Source: an archaeon
Lineage (GTDB): Archaea; Iainarchaeota; Iainarchaeia; JAFGOX01; DATDTB01
Reading direction: 5' to 3'
Length of the DNA: 40,808 bases
Assembly (NCBI GenBank): GCA_035291025.1
Contig: DATDTB010000045.1
Coordinates: 1 to 40,808, forward strand
Position numbers and translations under genes: made by a program
The notes under the pieces: generated by a model
Seen by the model: the letters and a program-made list of their open reading frames with translations, nothing else
Told to the model about the DNA's origin: nothing
The model's database searches: none
Shown here: piece after piece, positions 16,171-24,568 of the stretch
How positions within the stretch are numbered: position 1 is the first letter of the stretch
Layout of the letters: each line of letters opens with the position of its first letter

Positions 16171-18336
16171 ATGCCCATTTCAAAGCGGTTGGCCCGGATT
16201 TTGGTGAAAAAAGTTGCCAGGAAACTGGCGGTTGACCGCCAGGTTTACGGGCTGACCAGGAAGCCCTTGCCCGAAGAGCTCCCCTTCGTGGGCAGGGTCT
16301 TGGCCGTTCCCGGCGCCCAAGCAGGGCCTTTTTCGTTCGACGAACCCGAGAAAAGGCCCTTCAAGGCGCCGCCGTTGTTTCCATTGGAAGCGCCTTACCC
16401 GGTTCCATTGCCCGCTTTTCCAGAGTCCTTGGAGCAAAAGAAGAACCGCGAGGAGTTCGCGAGGCTTCAAAGGGAAGTCTCTGACTTGGTGCCCGAAGTC
16501 AAGCCCTTGGACGTGGGCGAGGAAGCCGAAAAAGTGGAAGGCGAGCAGGCAAAGCACGAGTTGTCGCAGAGGATTTCCGAGCGCTTGAAGAAGCCCATTC
16601 CAGGAGTCCAGCAAGTTGAAATCGTCGCCCAAGCCCCCGAGTCGACTCCTGTTCGAGTGGAGATGGAGGGCGTTTTGAGGGAAGCCGGGCTGGGGACCGA
16701 GGTAGTGAAGGCCGCCGCAGAACTGGCGCGCGAACTCGGAGGAACCCCTGGGGCCTCGGGCAAGATTACCAAACTTCCAGAGTTAAAGCACGCCTTGCCT
16801 GAAAGGTTTTTGACCGAAATCGAGAGCGCCTGGAAGCCGCCAATACTTACGCAGGTAAACGAGCGCTACTCACTCATCTCGCCTTTCGCGTACGCGCAGA
16901 TTCGCTGGGAGCCCCGCGAGGAAAGCCTTCACTATTACATCATTGAGCCCACGCTGAACGAGGACCAGCTCTTGAAGCTAAAGTACATCAAGGAACTCTT
17001 GTCGGAGTACTTGAACATTAACTTGTACGAAGTCCAGGACGTGAACAAGATAGAGCAGTACTTGAGGGACAAGGTTGATGAGCTAATTTCAAAGTACGTG
17101 CTCGAGCTCTCAGATGAGGAAAAATCCCTCTTGGGTTACTTCATTTCACGGGACTTGCTGGGACTGGACAAGATAGAGCCCTTGTTGAGGGATGAATCAA
17201 TCGAGGACATTTCCTGCATTGGAATTGGGTTGCCAATATACATTTTCCACAGAAAGTACGGGTCAATCCGAACAAATGTCGCGTTTGAGACCGAGGAAGA
17301 ACTAAACAAGTTCTTGGTGAAAATAGCCCAAAAATGCGGCCGCACGATTTCGGTTGCTCACCCTCTCTTGGACGGGTCACTGCAGGACGGCTCGCGCGTC
17401 CAAGCCACTTACTCGAGCGGCGCGGACATTTCCATGAAGGGCAGCACTTTCACTATCAGGAAGTTCACGAAGGACCCGTTCACTGTCACTGACTTGATGA
17501 ACTTTGGCACAATCCCTCCAATAATAGGAGCTTACCTTTGGCTCGCCGTCGAGCACCGCAACTCCTTGCTGATGTGCGGCGGGACCGCTTCAGGCAAGAC
17601 TGTTTTCTTGAACGTGGTTTCGTTGTTCATTCCACCCGAGTCAAAGATTGTCTCCATTGAGGACACAGCCGAGTTAAGGCTGCCGCACGAGAACTGGGTC
17701 CCGAAGGTGGCGCGCGCCGGCACCGGGCCAACGGACACGAGCGGGAGGAGGATGGGCGAGGTTAGCTTGTTTGACTTGCTCAAGGCCTCGTTCAGGGAGC
17801 GCCCGGACTACTTGGTCGTGGGTGAAGTGCGTGGCGAGGAAGCGTACGTTTTGTTCCAGTTAATGGCTTCAGGGCACCCGGGAATGGCCACTATTCACGC
17901 CGAAGACTTCAATTCATTGGTTCACAGGCTGACCACGAAGCCCTTGAACTTGTCTGCCGGGCTGCTGCAGAGCCTTGACGTTGTCTGCTTCATGGAGTCC
18001 ACAAAGGTCAAGGGCGTTGAAGTCCGTAGGGTAAAGGAAGTCGTAGAAATTGCAGGGATTGACTTGAAGAACGACCGGCCAATAGCCAACACGATTTTCA
18101 AGTGGGACGCCGCCACGGACTCCTTCAAGTTCGTCTCGGACAAGAGCTACGTGTTGAACAAGATAATTGAACTGAAGGGAGTGTCAGAGGGAAGCCTGTG
18201 GGAGGAACTGGAAAGGCGCACGGAAGTCTTGGACTGGCTCAGGAACTCCAACACGCGTTACTACACTGAAGTCGCAAAGATCCTCGCGGCCTACTACAAG
18301 GACCCGGAAAAGCTCTTGGAGCGCCTCAAAATATAA
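16171..18336 (+). CDS. Type IV filament assembly ATPase (FlaI/ArlI, TadA/CpaF, EpdL-like secretion NTPase) with a ~250-aa Pro/Glu/Lys-rich N-terminal extension
   Basis: Walker A is CGGTASGKT and Walker B/Asp box is RERPDYLVVGEVRGEEAY. The conserved N-domain begins around YSLISPFAYAQIRW...YYIIEPTL. The ORF track starts at GTG 16087. I prefer ATG 16171 because a TTTTTATATA box at 16098-16107 lies inside the longer version, but the start is uncertain. Confidence 0.88.
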   Translation: MPISKRLARILVKKVARKLAVDRQVYGLTRKPLPEELPFVGRVLAVPGAQAGPFSFDEPEKRPFKAPPLFPLEAPYPVPLPAFPESLEQKKNREEFARLQREVSDLVPEVKPLDVGEEAEKVEGEQAKHELSQRISERLKKPIPGVQQVEIVAQAPESTPVRVEMEGVLREAGLGTEVVKAAAELARELGGTPGASGKITKLPELKHALPERFLTEIESAWKPPILTQVNERYSLISPFAYAQIRWEPREESLHYYIIEPTLNEDQLLKLKYIKELLSEYLNINLYEVQDVNKIEQYLRDKVDELISKYVLELSDEEKSLLGYFISRDLLGLDKIEPLLRDESIEDISCIGIGLPIYIFHRKYGSIRTNVAFETEEELNKFLVKIAQKCGRTISVAHPLLDGSLQDGSRVQATYSSGADISMKGSTFTIRKFTKDPFTVTDLMNFGTIPPIIGAYLWLAVEHRNSLLMCGGTASGKTVFLNVVSLFIPPESKIVSIEDTAELRLPHENWVPKVARAGTGPTDTSGRRMGEVSLFDLLKASFRERPDYLVVGEVRGEEAYVLFQLMASGHPGMATIHAEDFNSLVHRLTTKPLNLSAGLLQSLDVVCFMESTKVKGVEVRRVKEVVEIAGIDLKNDRPIANTIFKWDAATDSFKFVSDKSYVLNKIIELKGVSEGSLWEELERRTEVLDWLRNSNTRYYTEVAKILAAYYKDPEKLLERLKI

Positions 18337-18360
18337 ACGGGATGAAAAAGTGAACCTGGA

Positions 18361-19254
18361 ATGACTTTCGTAAAACAGTACATGCTCTTCTCCTACAAGC
18401 TATTCGGCAAGTACATCCCGCCATACGAGAAGACGTTCACTGACTTGGCTGGGGACTTGGACCGCGTCAGGATCAACGCCATCCTACCAGAGTACATTTC
18501 AACAATAATTGTCAGCTCGCTTTTGTGCTTTTTCATCGCCTTGCCCGCGTTTCACACGATATTGTTCTTGTTCTTGGGTAAAGCCATTCCATTGCTTGCG
18601 GTCGCTCTCATCACGATTTTCGCAGCTGTGACGTTTGGCGGGATGGTTTTCATCTTGCTTTACAGTTACCCGAAATTCCTTTTGTCGGAGTACTCAAGAA
18701 GCATTGACGCCGCGCTGCCTTACGCGGCGGCCCACATGTCAACCATTGCCGGCACAGGGACGCCGGCGCTGTCAATCTTCAAGGTTTTGGCAAACTTCAA
18801 GGAATTCGGAGAGCTAAGCAACGAATGCGGCGACATAGTAAGAGACGTCGAGTTGCTCGGGTTCGACTTCCTCACTGCAGTCGAGAGAACGGCGCGCCGC
18901 ACTGCCAGCGTGAAGTTCAGGGACTTGCTGTGGGGGCTTATCACAACCATCAGGAGCGGGGGCGACTTGAGGCTTTACTTGATTCAAAAGGCTGACACGA
19001 TGCTCGAAGAGCACAGGCGCACGATCCGGGAGTTCGTCAACACGGTCGGGATGTTCAGCGAGATTTACACCACTATCTTCATTGCAGCGCCGTTGCTGGT
19101 AATAATAATGGTTGCCACCATGGCCATCCTTGGCGGGAAGTCGCTTCCAATCAACCCCGCGACGATGATGGTACTGCTTATTTACGTGTTCATTCCCTTC
19201 GGTTCGATACTGTCAATCCTGGCGTTGAAGGGAATGAAGCCGCAAGAGGTTTGA
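18361..19254 (+). CDS. Type IV filament platform membrane protein, single T2SS-F domain (FlaJ/TadC/EpdJ-K-like), gene 1 of 2
   Basis: 297-aa polytopic membrane protein. The cytoplasmic T2SSF-like segment reads AALPYAAAHMSTIAGTGTPALSIFKVLA...VERTARRTASVKFRDLLWGLITTIRSGGDL. It begins 24 nt after the ATPase stop. Confidence 0.8.
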   Translation: MTFVKQYMLFSYKLFGKYIPPYEKTFTDLAGDLDRVRINAILPEYISTIIVSSLLCFFIALPAFHTILFLFLGKAIPLLAVALITIFAAVTFGGMVFILLYSYPKFLLSEYSRSIDAALPYAAAHMSTIAGTGTPALSIFKVLANFKEFGELSNECGDIVRDVELLGFDFLTAVERTARRTASVKFRDLLWGLITTIRSGGDLRLYLIQKADTMLEEHRRTIREFVNTVGMFSEIYTTIFIAAPLLVIIMVATMAILGGKSLPINPATMMVLLIYVFIPFGSILSILALKGMKPQEV

Positions 19255-19258
19255 GAAA

Positions 19259-20533
19259 ATGGTGCAGGCAAAGAAAACGGATGCAAGGAAGAAGGAACCC
19301 CTAAAGAAGGGCCCGGCAATTGACGTTTACAGGCTGCGCTGGATAGTTTCCAAGAACATCTTCGTCTTCCTTCTCGGGATCGGGACCTTCCTAAGCATCC
19401 TCTTGTGGATTATTTCCTTTGTCTTGTTCGGGGTCACGCAGCAGTTCACCACGACTGTACTCTTGGGCACTCTCTTCCTTTACTCGCCGCTGCTCGTGTA
19501 CTTGTACCTGCAGTACTCGCGCGTCCAGGAAATCGAGGAGTACTTTCCTAATTTCTTGAGGGACTTGGCCGACGCCCAGCGCGCCGGCACGACCCTGCCG
19601 AGGGCGATTTACGCGACTTCCAACATTTACTACGGCGCCCTCTCCCCCGAAGTCAGGAAGATGGCGGACCAGATTTCCTGGGGGATCCCCTTCGAGGAAG
19701 TCTTCGAGCGCTTCAAGAAAAGGATCAACAGCGTGCTCGTGCGGAGGAGCATTGACATCATAATAGAGGCGCACCGCGCCGGCGGCCAGATAACGCAGAT
19801 ATTTGACACTGTCACGGCGGACACGCAGAAAATAAAGGAAGTAGAACACGAGCGCAGGAGCACTTTGAGGGTGCACGTTTACACTGTTTACTTCATTTAC
19901 TTTGTTTTCATGTTCATCGTCGTAATCCTTCAAACGCTCCTGGTTCCGTCGCTTCCAGCTATAAGTAACATTTCCAAGATAGTCGGCGGCGGCGGGCAGA
20001 GCATTTCAGAGGAAGGGTTTTACGTTTACCTGCTCCACTTGACAGTTATTCAGGGCTTCTTCATTGGCCTCATCGCGGGCGAGATGAGCGAAGGCAGCCT
20101 GACGGCGGGCTTGAAGCACAGCGTCATACTCATTGCCGTCGGCTTCCTCATTCTGCAGTCAATCGCCGCGCCTCCTGACGCGCAGTCGCGCCTGGTTAGG
20201 ATGATGACCCTTGTTCCGGGTGGGGTGGAACTGGACTTGGACTTGGGCATATATGAAGTGAGGCAAAACATGAGCTCGACTTCCATTGTAGGCGAAGTGG
20301 GGAAAATAATCCAATCAGACCCCTCCAAGACGTACTTGTCTCAAATAGTCGCGGAAAACATCATTTTCGACGACACGGGGTGTAATTCCTGCGGCCGGGC
20401 GACCGCGTTCGTTACCGACGACAGGCACGGATTGGTCGTGAGGCGTCCCGTCAAGCTGCACTTCGCCTTGCAGATAAAGAACTATGCTTACCTGATTTCA
20501 ATGAGGACGCCCGCGCAGGGAGCCGCGACTTGA
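19259..20533 (+). CDS. Type IV filament platform membrane protein, single T2SS-F domain (FlaJ/TadB-like), gene 2 of 2, with a ~120-aa C-terminal soluble extension
   Basis: The T2SSF-like segment reads FPNFLRDLADAQRAGTTLPRAIYATS...VRRSIDIIIEAHRAGGQITQIFD. AGAGGT lies 8 nt upstream of the ATG. The C-terminus after the last TM (from about RLVRMMTLVPGG...) is not recognisable. Confidence 0.8.
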   Translation: MVQAKKTDARKKEPLKKGPAIDVYRLRWIVSKNIFVFLLGIGTFLSILLWIISFVLFGVTQQFTTTVLLGTLFLYSPLLVYLYLQYSRVQEIEEYFPNFLRDLADAQRAGTTLPRAIYATSNIYYGALSPEVRKMADQISWGIPFEEVFERFKKRINSVLVRRSIDIIIEAHRAGGQITQIFDTVTADTQKIKEVEHERRSTLRVHVYTVYFIYFVFMFIVVILQTLLVPSLPAISNISKIVGGGGQSISEEGFYVYLLHLTVIQGFFIGLIAGEMSEGSLTAGLKHSVILIAVGFLILQSIAAPPDAQSRLVRMMTLVPGGVELDLDLGIYEVRQNMSSTSIVGEVGKIIQSDPSKTYLSQIVAENIIFDDTGCNSCGRATAFVTDDRHGLVVRRPVKLHFALQIKNYAYLISMRTPAQGAAT

Positions 20534-20550
20534 AGACTGCGTGGTCGTAG

Positions 20551-20904
20551 TTGTTGAAGAACGAGAGCACCGGACGCGTCTTGAGCAAAAGCGTTGAACT
20601 CGCACTAACGCCTTTCCAGAGGTCTTTAGGGCTGCGCTTCCGACCCGAAAAAGAATTCACGAAGCCCTTGGTTTTCACGCTTTCAAGGGAAACGCGCTTC
20701 AACGCCACTTTGGACATGTTCTTCGTTTTCTACCCGATTGACGTTGCCTTCCTTGACAGCAGCAAGAAAATCGTTGAAGTCCTTGAAGGCTTCAAGCCCT
20801 TCACTTTCCACACTCCCTCGAAGCCAGTGAAGCACTTCATTGAACTCCCCAACGGCTGGGTTAAGCGTTTTTCCATAAAGCCAGGCCAAAGGCTTTCGTG
20901 GTGA
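20551..20904 (+). CDS. DUF192-family protein
   Basis: ALTPFQRSLGLRFR..., YPIDVAFLDSSKKIVEV and HFIELPNGWVKRFSIKPGQRL match the DUF192 (COG1430) pattern. The start is a TTG. Confidence 0.7.
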   Translation: MLKNESTGRVLSKSVELALTPFQRSLGLRFRPEKEFTKPLVFTLSRETRFNATLDMFFVFYPIDVAFLDSSKKIVEVLEGFKPFTFHTPSKPVKHFIELPNGWVKRFSIKPGQRLSW

Positions 20905-20943
20905 AAGCTCTTTTTAAAAACAAGCTCTCCCCTTTTTCCGTTA

Positions 20944-21522
20944 GTGGTGCTTTTAATGGCTGAATTTCCACGCAGGAAAAACCCTAGGGAAGAGGAAAGG
21001 GCGAGGCATGCCAGGATTTTGGCTGACGCCCGCATTGCGGCCGATGCCAGGAAGGCTGAACGCGAGCTGAGGCAAAGGCGCTTGTCGGAACTCCCTGACG
21101 CGCTTGCGCCCATCCTTTCAATTATTGACTCCCGCGAGCCGGCAAGCCTTCACAGGCTGAAGGCAGACGTGAAAAGGCAAGTAGAGTTACTGCATGGCTT
21201 GAAGACGCGGGAGGGCGCCGACGCACAAAAGGAATTGTTTGCCAGGCTGGCCCAGCGTTCCATGGAACTGGAGGAACGGGCCGTGGCTGCGTGGGACAAG
21301 ATGAAGGAAGCGCATGCGCAGGTAAAGGCCGCTGGAGACACCCCCGCAGCGGACGCCTTTTTCGCGCTGAAAAGGGAAGCGTTGTCGCTCCGTTCGAGGT
21401 CCAACTTCATCCAGGACCTGCTGCCAAGGGAACTGCGCTTGCAGGGCCGCGTCCAAATGGCTTCAAGCGCTTTCAGGATAGGGGCGCACGAGTTCTGGAG
21501 AAAGCAAAATAAAAAACAATAA
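20944..21522 (+). CDS. Hypothetical Ala/Arg/Glu-rich helical protein (192 aa)
   Basis: GTG start 24 nt downstream of TTTTTAAAAA (20911-20920), with an alternative ATG at 20956. No family recognised. Confidence 0.5.
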   Translation: MVLLMAEFPRRKNPREEERARHARILADARIAADARKAERELRQRRLSELPDALAPILSIIDSREPASLHRLKADVKRQVELLHGLKTREGADAQKELFARLAQRSMELEERAVAAWDKMKEAHAQVKAAGDTPAADAFFALKREALSLRSRSNFIQDLLPRELRLQGRVQMASSAFRIGAHEFWRKQNKKQ

Positions 21523-21534
21523 CTGCGTGTTTCC

Positions 21535-22437
21535 ATGGCTGACTTTAAAGTTACTTTTCTCGGGACTTCTTCCGCGACCCCGACAAAGGAAAGCGTTGTC
21601 GCCACTACCTCAGTGCAGTTCGCTGGCGAAATATTCCTAGTTGACTGCGCGGAGGGCGCGCAGCAGAGAATGATGCAGTCCAAGACGTCAATGTTCAAGG
21701 TCAAAAACCTCGCAATAAGCCACTGGCACGGCGACCACTTCTTCGGCCTCCCCGGCTTTTTGAACACGTTGAACTTGCTGGGCCGCCGCGAGGAACTCAA
21801 CTTATGGGTTCCCTCCAAGGCCGTTGCCAAAAAGTTCGTTGACTTCATGGGCTTGAGCGTTTTGGGCTTCAAGGTTTCACTGCACGAGTTGCGCGAAGGC
21901 GTTGTTTACGAAAAGGACAACTTCACAGTTTCCGCGGTAAGGCTCAAGCACTCAATCCCTTCCTTTGGGTTCGTGTTCACTCAGAGCAAGGGCAGAAAGT
22001 TCAACAAGCAAAAGGCGATCGCTTTGGGAGTGCCCGAGGGGCCGTTGTTTTCCGCCCTCCAGAAAGGCGAAGCAGTCAAGCTCGAAGGCGGGGGAAAAGT
22101 CAAGCCATCGCAAGTCCTGGAAGGCCAGGAGAGGGTGAAAAAAGTTGCAGTGATAGCGGACACTGTCCCGATTCCCTCGCTTGCAGCCCGCCTCAGGGAC
22201 TGCGACTTGTTGGTTCACGAAACGACTTTCAGCGAGAAGGAAAAAGAGCGAGCGCGGAAAACGAAGCACTCAACCGCGGTGGAAGTCGCGAAGCTGGCCA
22301 AGAAAGCCCGAGCCGGGCAACTAATCGGAACTCACGTGAGCGCGCGCTACGACGACAGGAGCTTTTTGGAAAAAGAAATGCAAAGCGTTTTCGCGAATTC
22401 AAGGATTGCAAGGGACCTGGAGTCAGTTGAAGTTTGA
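21535..22437 (+). CDS. rnz: Ribonuclease Z (tRNA 3' endonuclease, metallo-beta-lactamase fold)
   Basis: Opens with FLGTSSATPT. The HxHxDH motif is present as ISHWHGDHFFGLPGFL. It also has LLVHETTF, and its ~300-aa length is typical of short-form RNase Z. Confidence 0.9.
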   Translation: MADFKVTFLGTSSATPTKESVVATTSVQFAGEIFLVDCAEGAQQRMMQSKTSMFKVKNLAISHWHGDHFFGLPGFLNTLNLLGRREELNLWVPSKAVAKKFVDFMGLSVLGFKVSLHELREGVVYEKDNFTVSAVRLKHSIPSFGFVFTQSKGRKFNKQKAIALGVPEGPLFSALQKGEAVKLEGGGKVKPSQVLEGQERVKKVAVIADTVPIPSLAARLRDCDLLVHETTFSEKEKERARKTKHSTAVEVAKLAKKARAGQLIGTHVSARYDDRSFLEKEMQSVFANSRIARDLESVEV

Positions 22438-22454
22438 GTTTGACGGAAGGGAAG

Positions 22455-22574
22455 CGGGCCCGGCAGGATTTGAACCCGCGTTGCCGGTTTTCTTCGCAGG
22501 ACTTTTTGATGCAACTTTTTACTCAAAAAGTTGCTCCGAAGACCGGAATCCTATCCAGGCTAGATGACGGGCCC
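22455..22574 (-). tRNA. tRNA-Arg(UCG) with a ~46-nt intron at the canonical 37/38 position; CCA not encoded
   Basis: Minus-strand read: GGGCCCG-TC-ATCT-AGCCTGGATA-GGAT-T-CCGGT-CTTCGG[intron AGCAACTTTTTGAGTAAAAAGTTGC...CTGCGAAGA..]A-ACCGG-CAAC-GCGGG-TTCAAAT-CCTGC-CGGGCCC-G. Intron CGAAG can pair with exon CTTCG, which is BHB-like. Confidence 0.8.
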
Positions 22575-22717
22575 GTGACCTTTTCTTGGCTTGCAACGCT
22601 CAAAACCTGTTAGTTTTGGCGCGCAGAAATGCAGCGGCATTTCTAGCGTGGCTTGCGCCTTGCTCGTCCAGAAAAGCTCAACCAAAATAACTAGTGCTTT
22701 GGTTTTAAAAAACGCGT

Positions 22718-23167
22718 TTACTCGACTCGGATGCTGGCGCGCTGCCTTACCTCGAAGTCCGTTGCGGTCGCGCTCACTTCTATTGCGTAAGTCCCCTTGT
22801 CCACGCCCTGTTCCGCAGTAACCTTTACTTCCTTCTTGCGTTCCTGGCCGATCGCGACCTTGTCGAAGCCGAACTCCGTTGGCTCGAAGACCAGTTGAGT
22901 GGAGTCAATTGCCTTTACAGTTACTTGGACGTTTTCCAAGTCCTTCCCGGAAGTGTTCTTGAACACTATTGTCACAGTCGCGTTGTCGCCGGGCTTTAGG
23001 GAACCGCTGGAAAACGAGAACGTTATCGGAACATTCACGTAGTTCATCCACGCGTAGGCAATCCCAGCCAGCACAATCACGCCAACCACCATTGGAAGAA
23101 TTGGCACGCTTTTTACGGCGTTGACCGGCCCCTCGACGCCTTCGCTTAACTGGTCATACAATCCCAT
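22718..23167 (-). CDS. Membrane-anchored protein with a CARDB/Ig-like beta-sandwich domain (149 aa)
   Basis: N-terminal TM segment ILPMVVGVIVLAGIAYAW. It is followed by LKPGDNATVTIVFKNTSGKDLENVQVTVKA, a CARDB-like pattern. Confidence 0.65.
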   Translation of the reverse strand: MGLYDQLSEGVEGPVNAVKSVPILPMVVGVIVLAGIAYAWMNYVNVPITFSFSSGSLKPGDNATVTIVFKNTSGKDLENVQVTVKAIDSTQLVFEPTEFGFDKVAIGQERKKEVKVTAEQGVDKGTYAIEVSATATDFEVRQRASIRVE

Positions 23168-23249
23168 TGCATTAACACCATTGCACTTGGATTAACGCCT
23201 GAACCATATTTAACTTTGTCGCTTTCGCCGGCTTTGTTTTCTTTTAGCG

Positions 23250-24245
23250 TTACCCCCACGTCCTGAACCTTTTTCGCGCGCTTTGGATTTTCTGCATTGC
23301 TTCTATGGCGCCCTGTGTTACGCGTGACTTTGTTACAAAGTCCGCTTGCCGCTTCACTGTTTCCTCGGCGTTGGCTGGCGCGATTGCCATTCCCCCCTTT
23401 CTTTTCACGAGCAACATGAACGGCAAGTCGTTTTCAGCGTCTCCTACCGCGGCAGTCCTTGCAAGATTGATCTTGAGCCTTTTCGCGAGCAACCTCACTC
23501 CCAAGCCCTTGTCCACTTTCTCAGCCTTAATTCCCAGTCCTCGGCTCACTTCTCGTGGAAGGATGTCGACCGCGTGCGGGGAGCCCTTGAATGCGTGGAA
23601 GTACGGCTTTAGGTGTGGGTTTTCATTGAAGAATCCCTGAATGGCTTTATATAATTCCTCTCGTTTTTCGCGTATTTCTCCTGGGGAATGCTTGTCGTAC
23701 AAGCCAGAGTAAAACCCGGCAACCTGTAACCCGATCATTGTATCCCTCAACGGGAGCCTTTCCTTTCCCACAACGTTTTTTCCCGTGCCGCGGTACTCGT
23801 CCGCGAACCTTTCAATGCCGAACCCGTAAAGCCTTTCCCTTACGTGTTCCAGGAACTCTTTCTGGGAACTAAAGTAAACTTCTTTCCCGCCTTCAGTGAT
23901 TTTCCTCGGAAAACTGGCAGTAACGACTTTGTTGCCGGGGTTGAACGCAACCACTCCACCGTTTTCTGCAATGAAAGGCAACCCCTTCAACTCAAGCCTT
24001 GCCTGCAGGCGTTCAACGTATTCGCTCTCGCGGCCAGTACACAAAACGGGAGTGACGCCGCAGTTCCTGAGTTCCCTTAGTTGGTTCCTTAGCGCAGTTT
24101 CCATTGCCTTGAGTTCGCGGGCGTTTTCGCGCGTGTCCTTTAACCTTTCACCACTTGGAGAAGTCGGGTTACCGGTTTCCGCGTGCACTAAAACGTTGTC
24201 AACGTCAATGAATGCTGCTTTTATTTTCCTTTCAAAGAACTTCAT
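23250..24245 (-). CDS. HAD-superfamily hydrolase, subfamily IIB (Cof/sugar-phosphate phosphatase-like)
   Basis: Starts MKFFERKIKAAFIDVDNVL (DxD motif) and has LCTGR and AAVGDAENDLPFM (motif IV). The ORF-track version (to 24497) adds an S/T/R-rich leader that overlaps the DUF357 gene, so I use the ATG at 24245. Confidence 0.8.
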   Translation of the reverse strand: MKFFERKIKAAFIDVDNVLVHAETGNPTSPSGERLKDTRENARELKAMETALRNQLRELRNCGVTPVLCTGRESEYVERLQARLELKGLPFIAENGGVVAFNPGNKVVTASFPRKITEGGKEVYFSSQKEFLEHVRERLYGFGIERFADEYRGTGKNVVGKERLPLRDTMIGLQVAGFYSGLYDKHSPGEIREKREELYKAIQGFFNENPHLKPYFHAFKGSPHAVDILPREVSRGLGIKAEKVDKGLGVRLLAKRLKINLARTAAVGDAENDLPFMLLVKRKGGMAIAPANAEETVKRQADFVTKSRVTQGAIEAMQKIQSARKRFRTWG

Positions 24246-24279
24246 TGCAGTCCTTGAAAGCCTTGCCCTTAGAGCCAGT

Positions 24280-24567
24280 TCAGTCCACCACGAACAGCCT
24301 GTTATTGCCTTTGACGTCAAAGAAGCCCATCCGCGCGCCGGCGTCGAGCCAGGCGTGAGCGTAACTCGCGGCCGCGAGCGCGGTCGCGTGGTCGCCCTTT
24401 GACTTGAAGAATAAGGCGTCGTTGTAGTAGTCTTGAGCCATTCCAAGGAACTCCTTCGCTCGTTCCTTGTTTTCCTTTGAAGCGTTCTTGCCGGCAACTT
24501 CCAGGGCTTCCCTGGTGAGCGCGAGGTACCTTTCGAGTTTTCCTTCCAAGGACTCTTCTTTAGTCAT
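24280..24567 (-). CDS. DUF357-family protein
   Basis: MAQDYYNDALFFKSKGDHATALAAASYAHAWLDAGARMG matches the DUF357 pattern. The ATG at 24567 lies 1 nt after the dph5 stop. Confidence 0.65.
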   Translation of the reverse strand: MTKEESLEGKLERYLALTREALEVAGKNASKENKERAKEFLGMAQDYYNDALFFKSKGDHATALAAASYAHAWLDAGARMGFFDVKGNNRLFVVD

Positions 24568-24568
24568 T

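Noticed and set aside
21150-21872. 240-aa minus-strand ORF overlapping the 192-aa gene and the start of RNase Z
   Set aside because: It overlaps the well-supported RNase Z N-terminus in antisense and crosses an intergenic region. I recognised no motifs in it.
22625-22644. Perfect 8-bp hairpin AGAAATGC-AGCG-GCATTTCT between the CARDB-like gene and tRNA-Arg
   Set aside because: The stem is short and isolated, with no adjacent oligo-T on either strand and no further structure. That is too little to call a terminator or ncRNA.
24246-24497. N-terminal 84-aa extension of the HAD-IIB ORF as given in the track (415 aa)
   Set aside because: The extension is T/S/R/P-rich and overlaps the DUF357 gene in another frame. 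The HAD DxD motif follows directly after the internal ATG at 24245.
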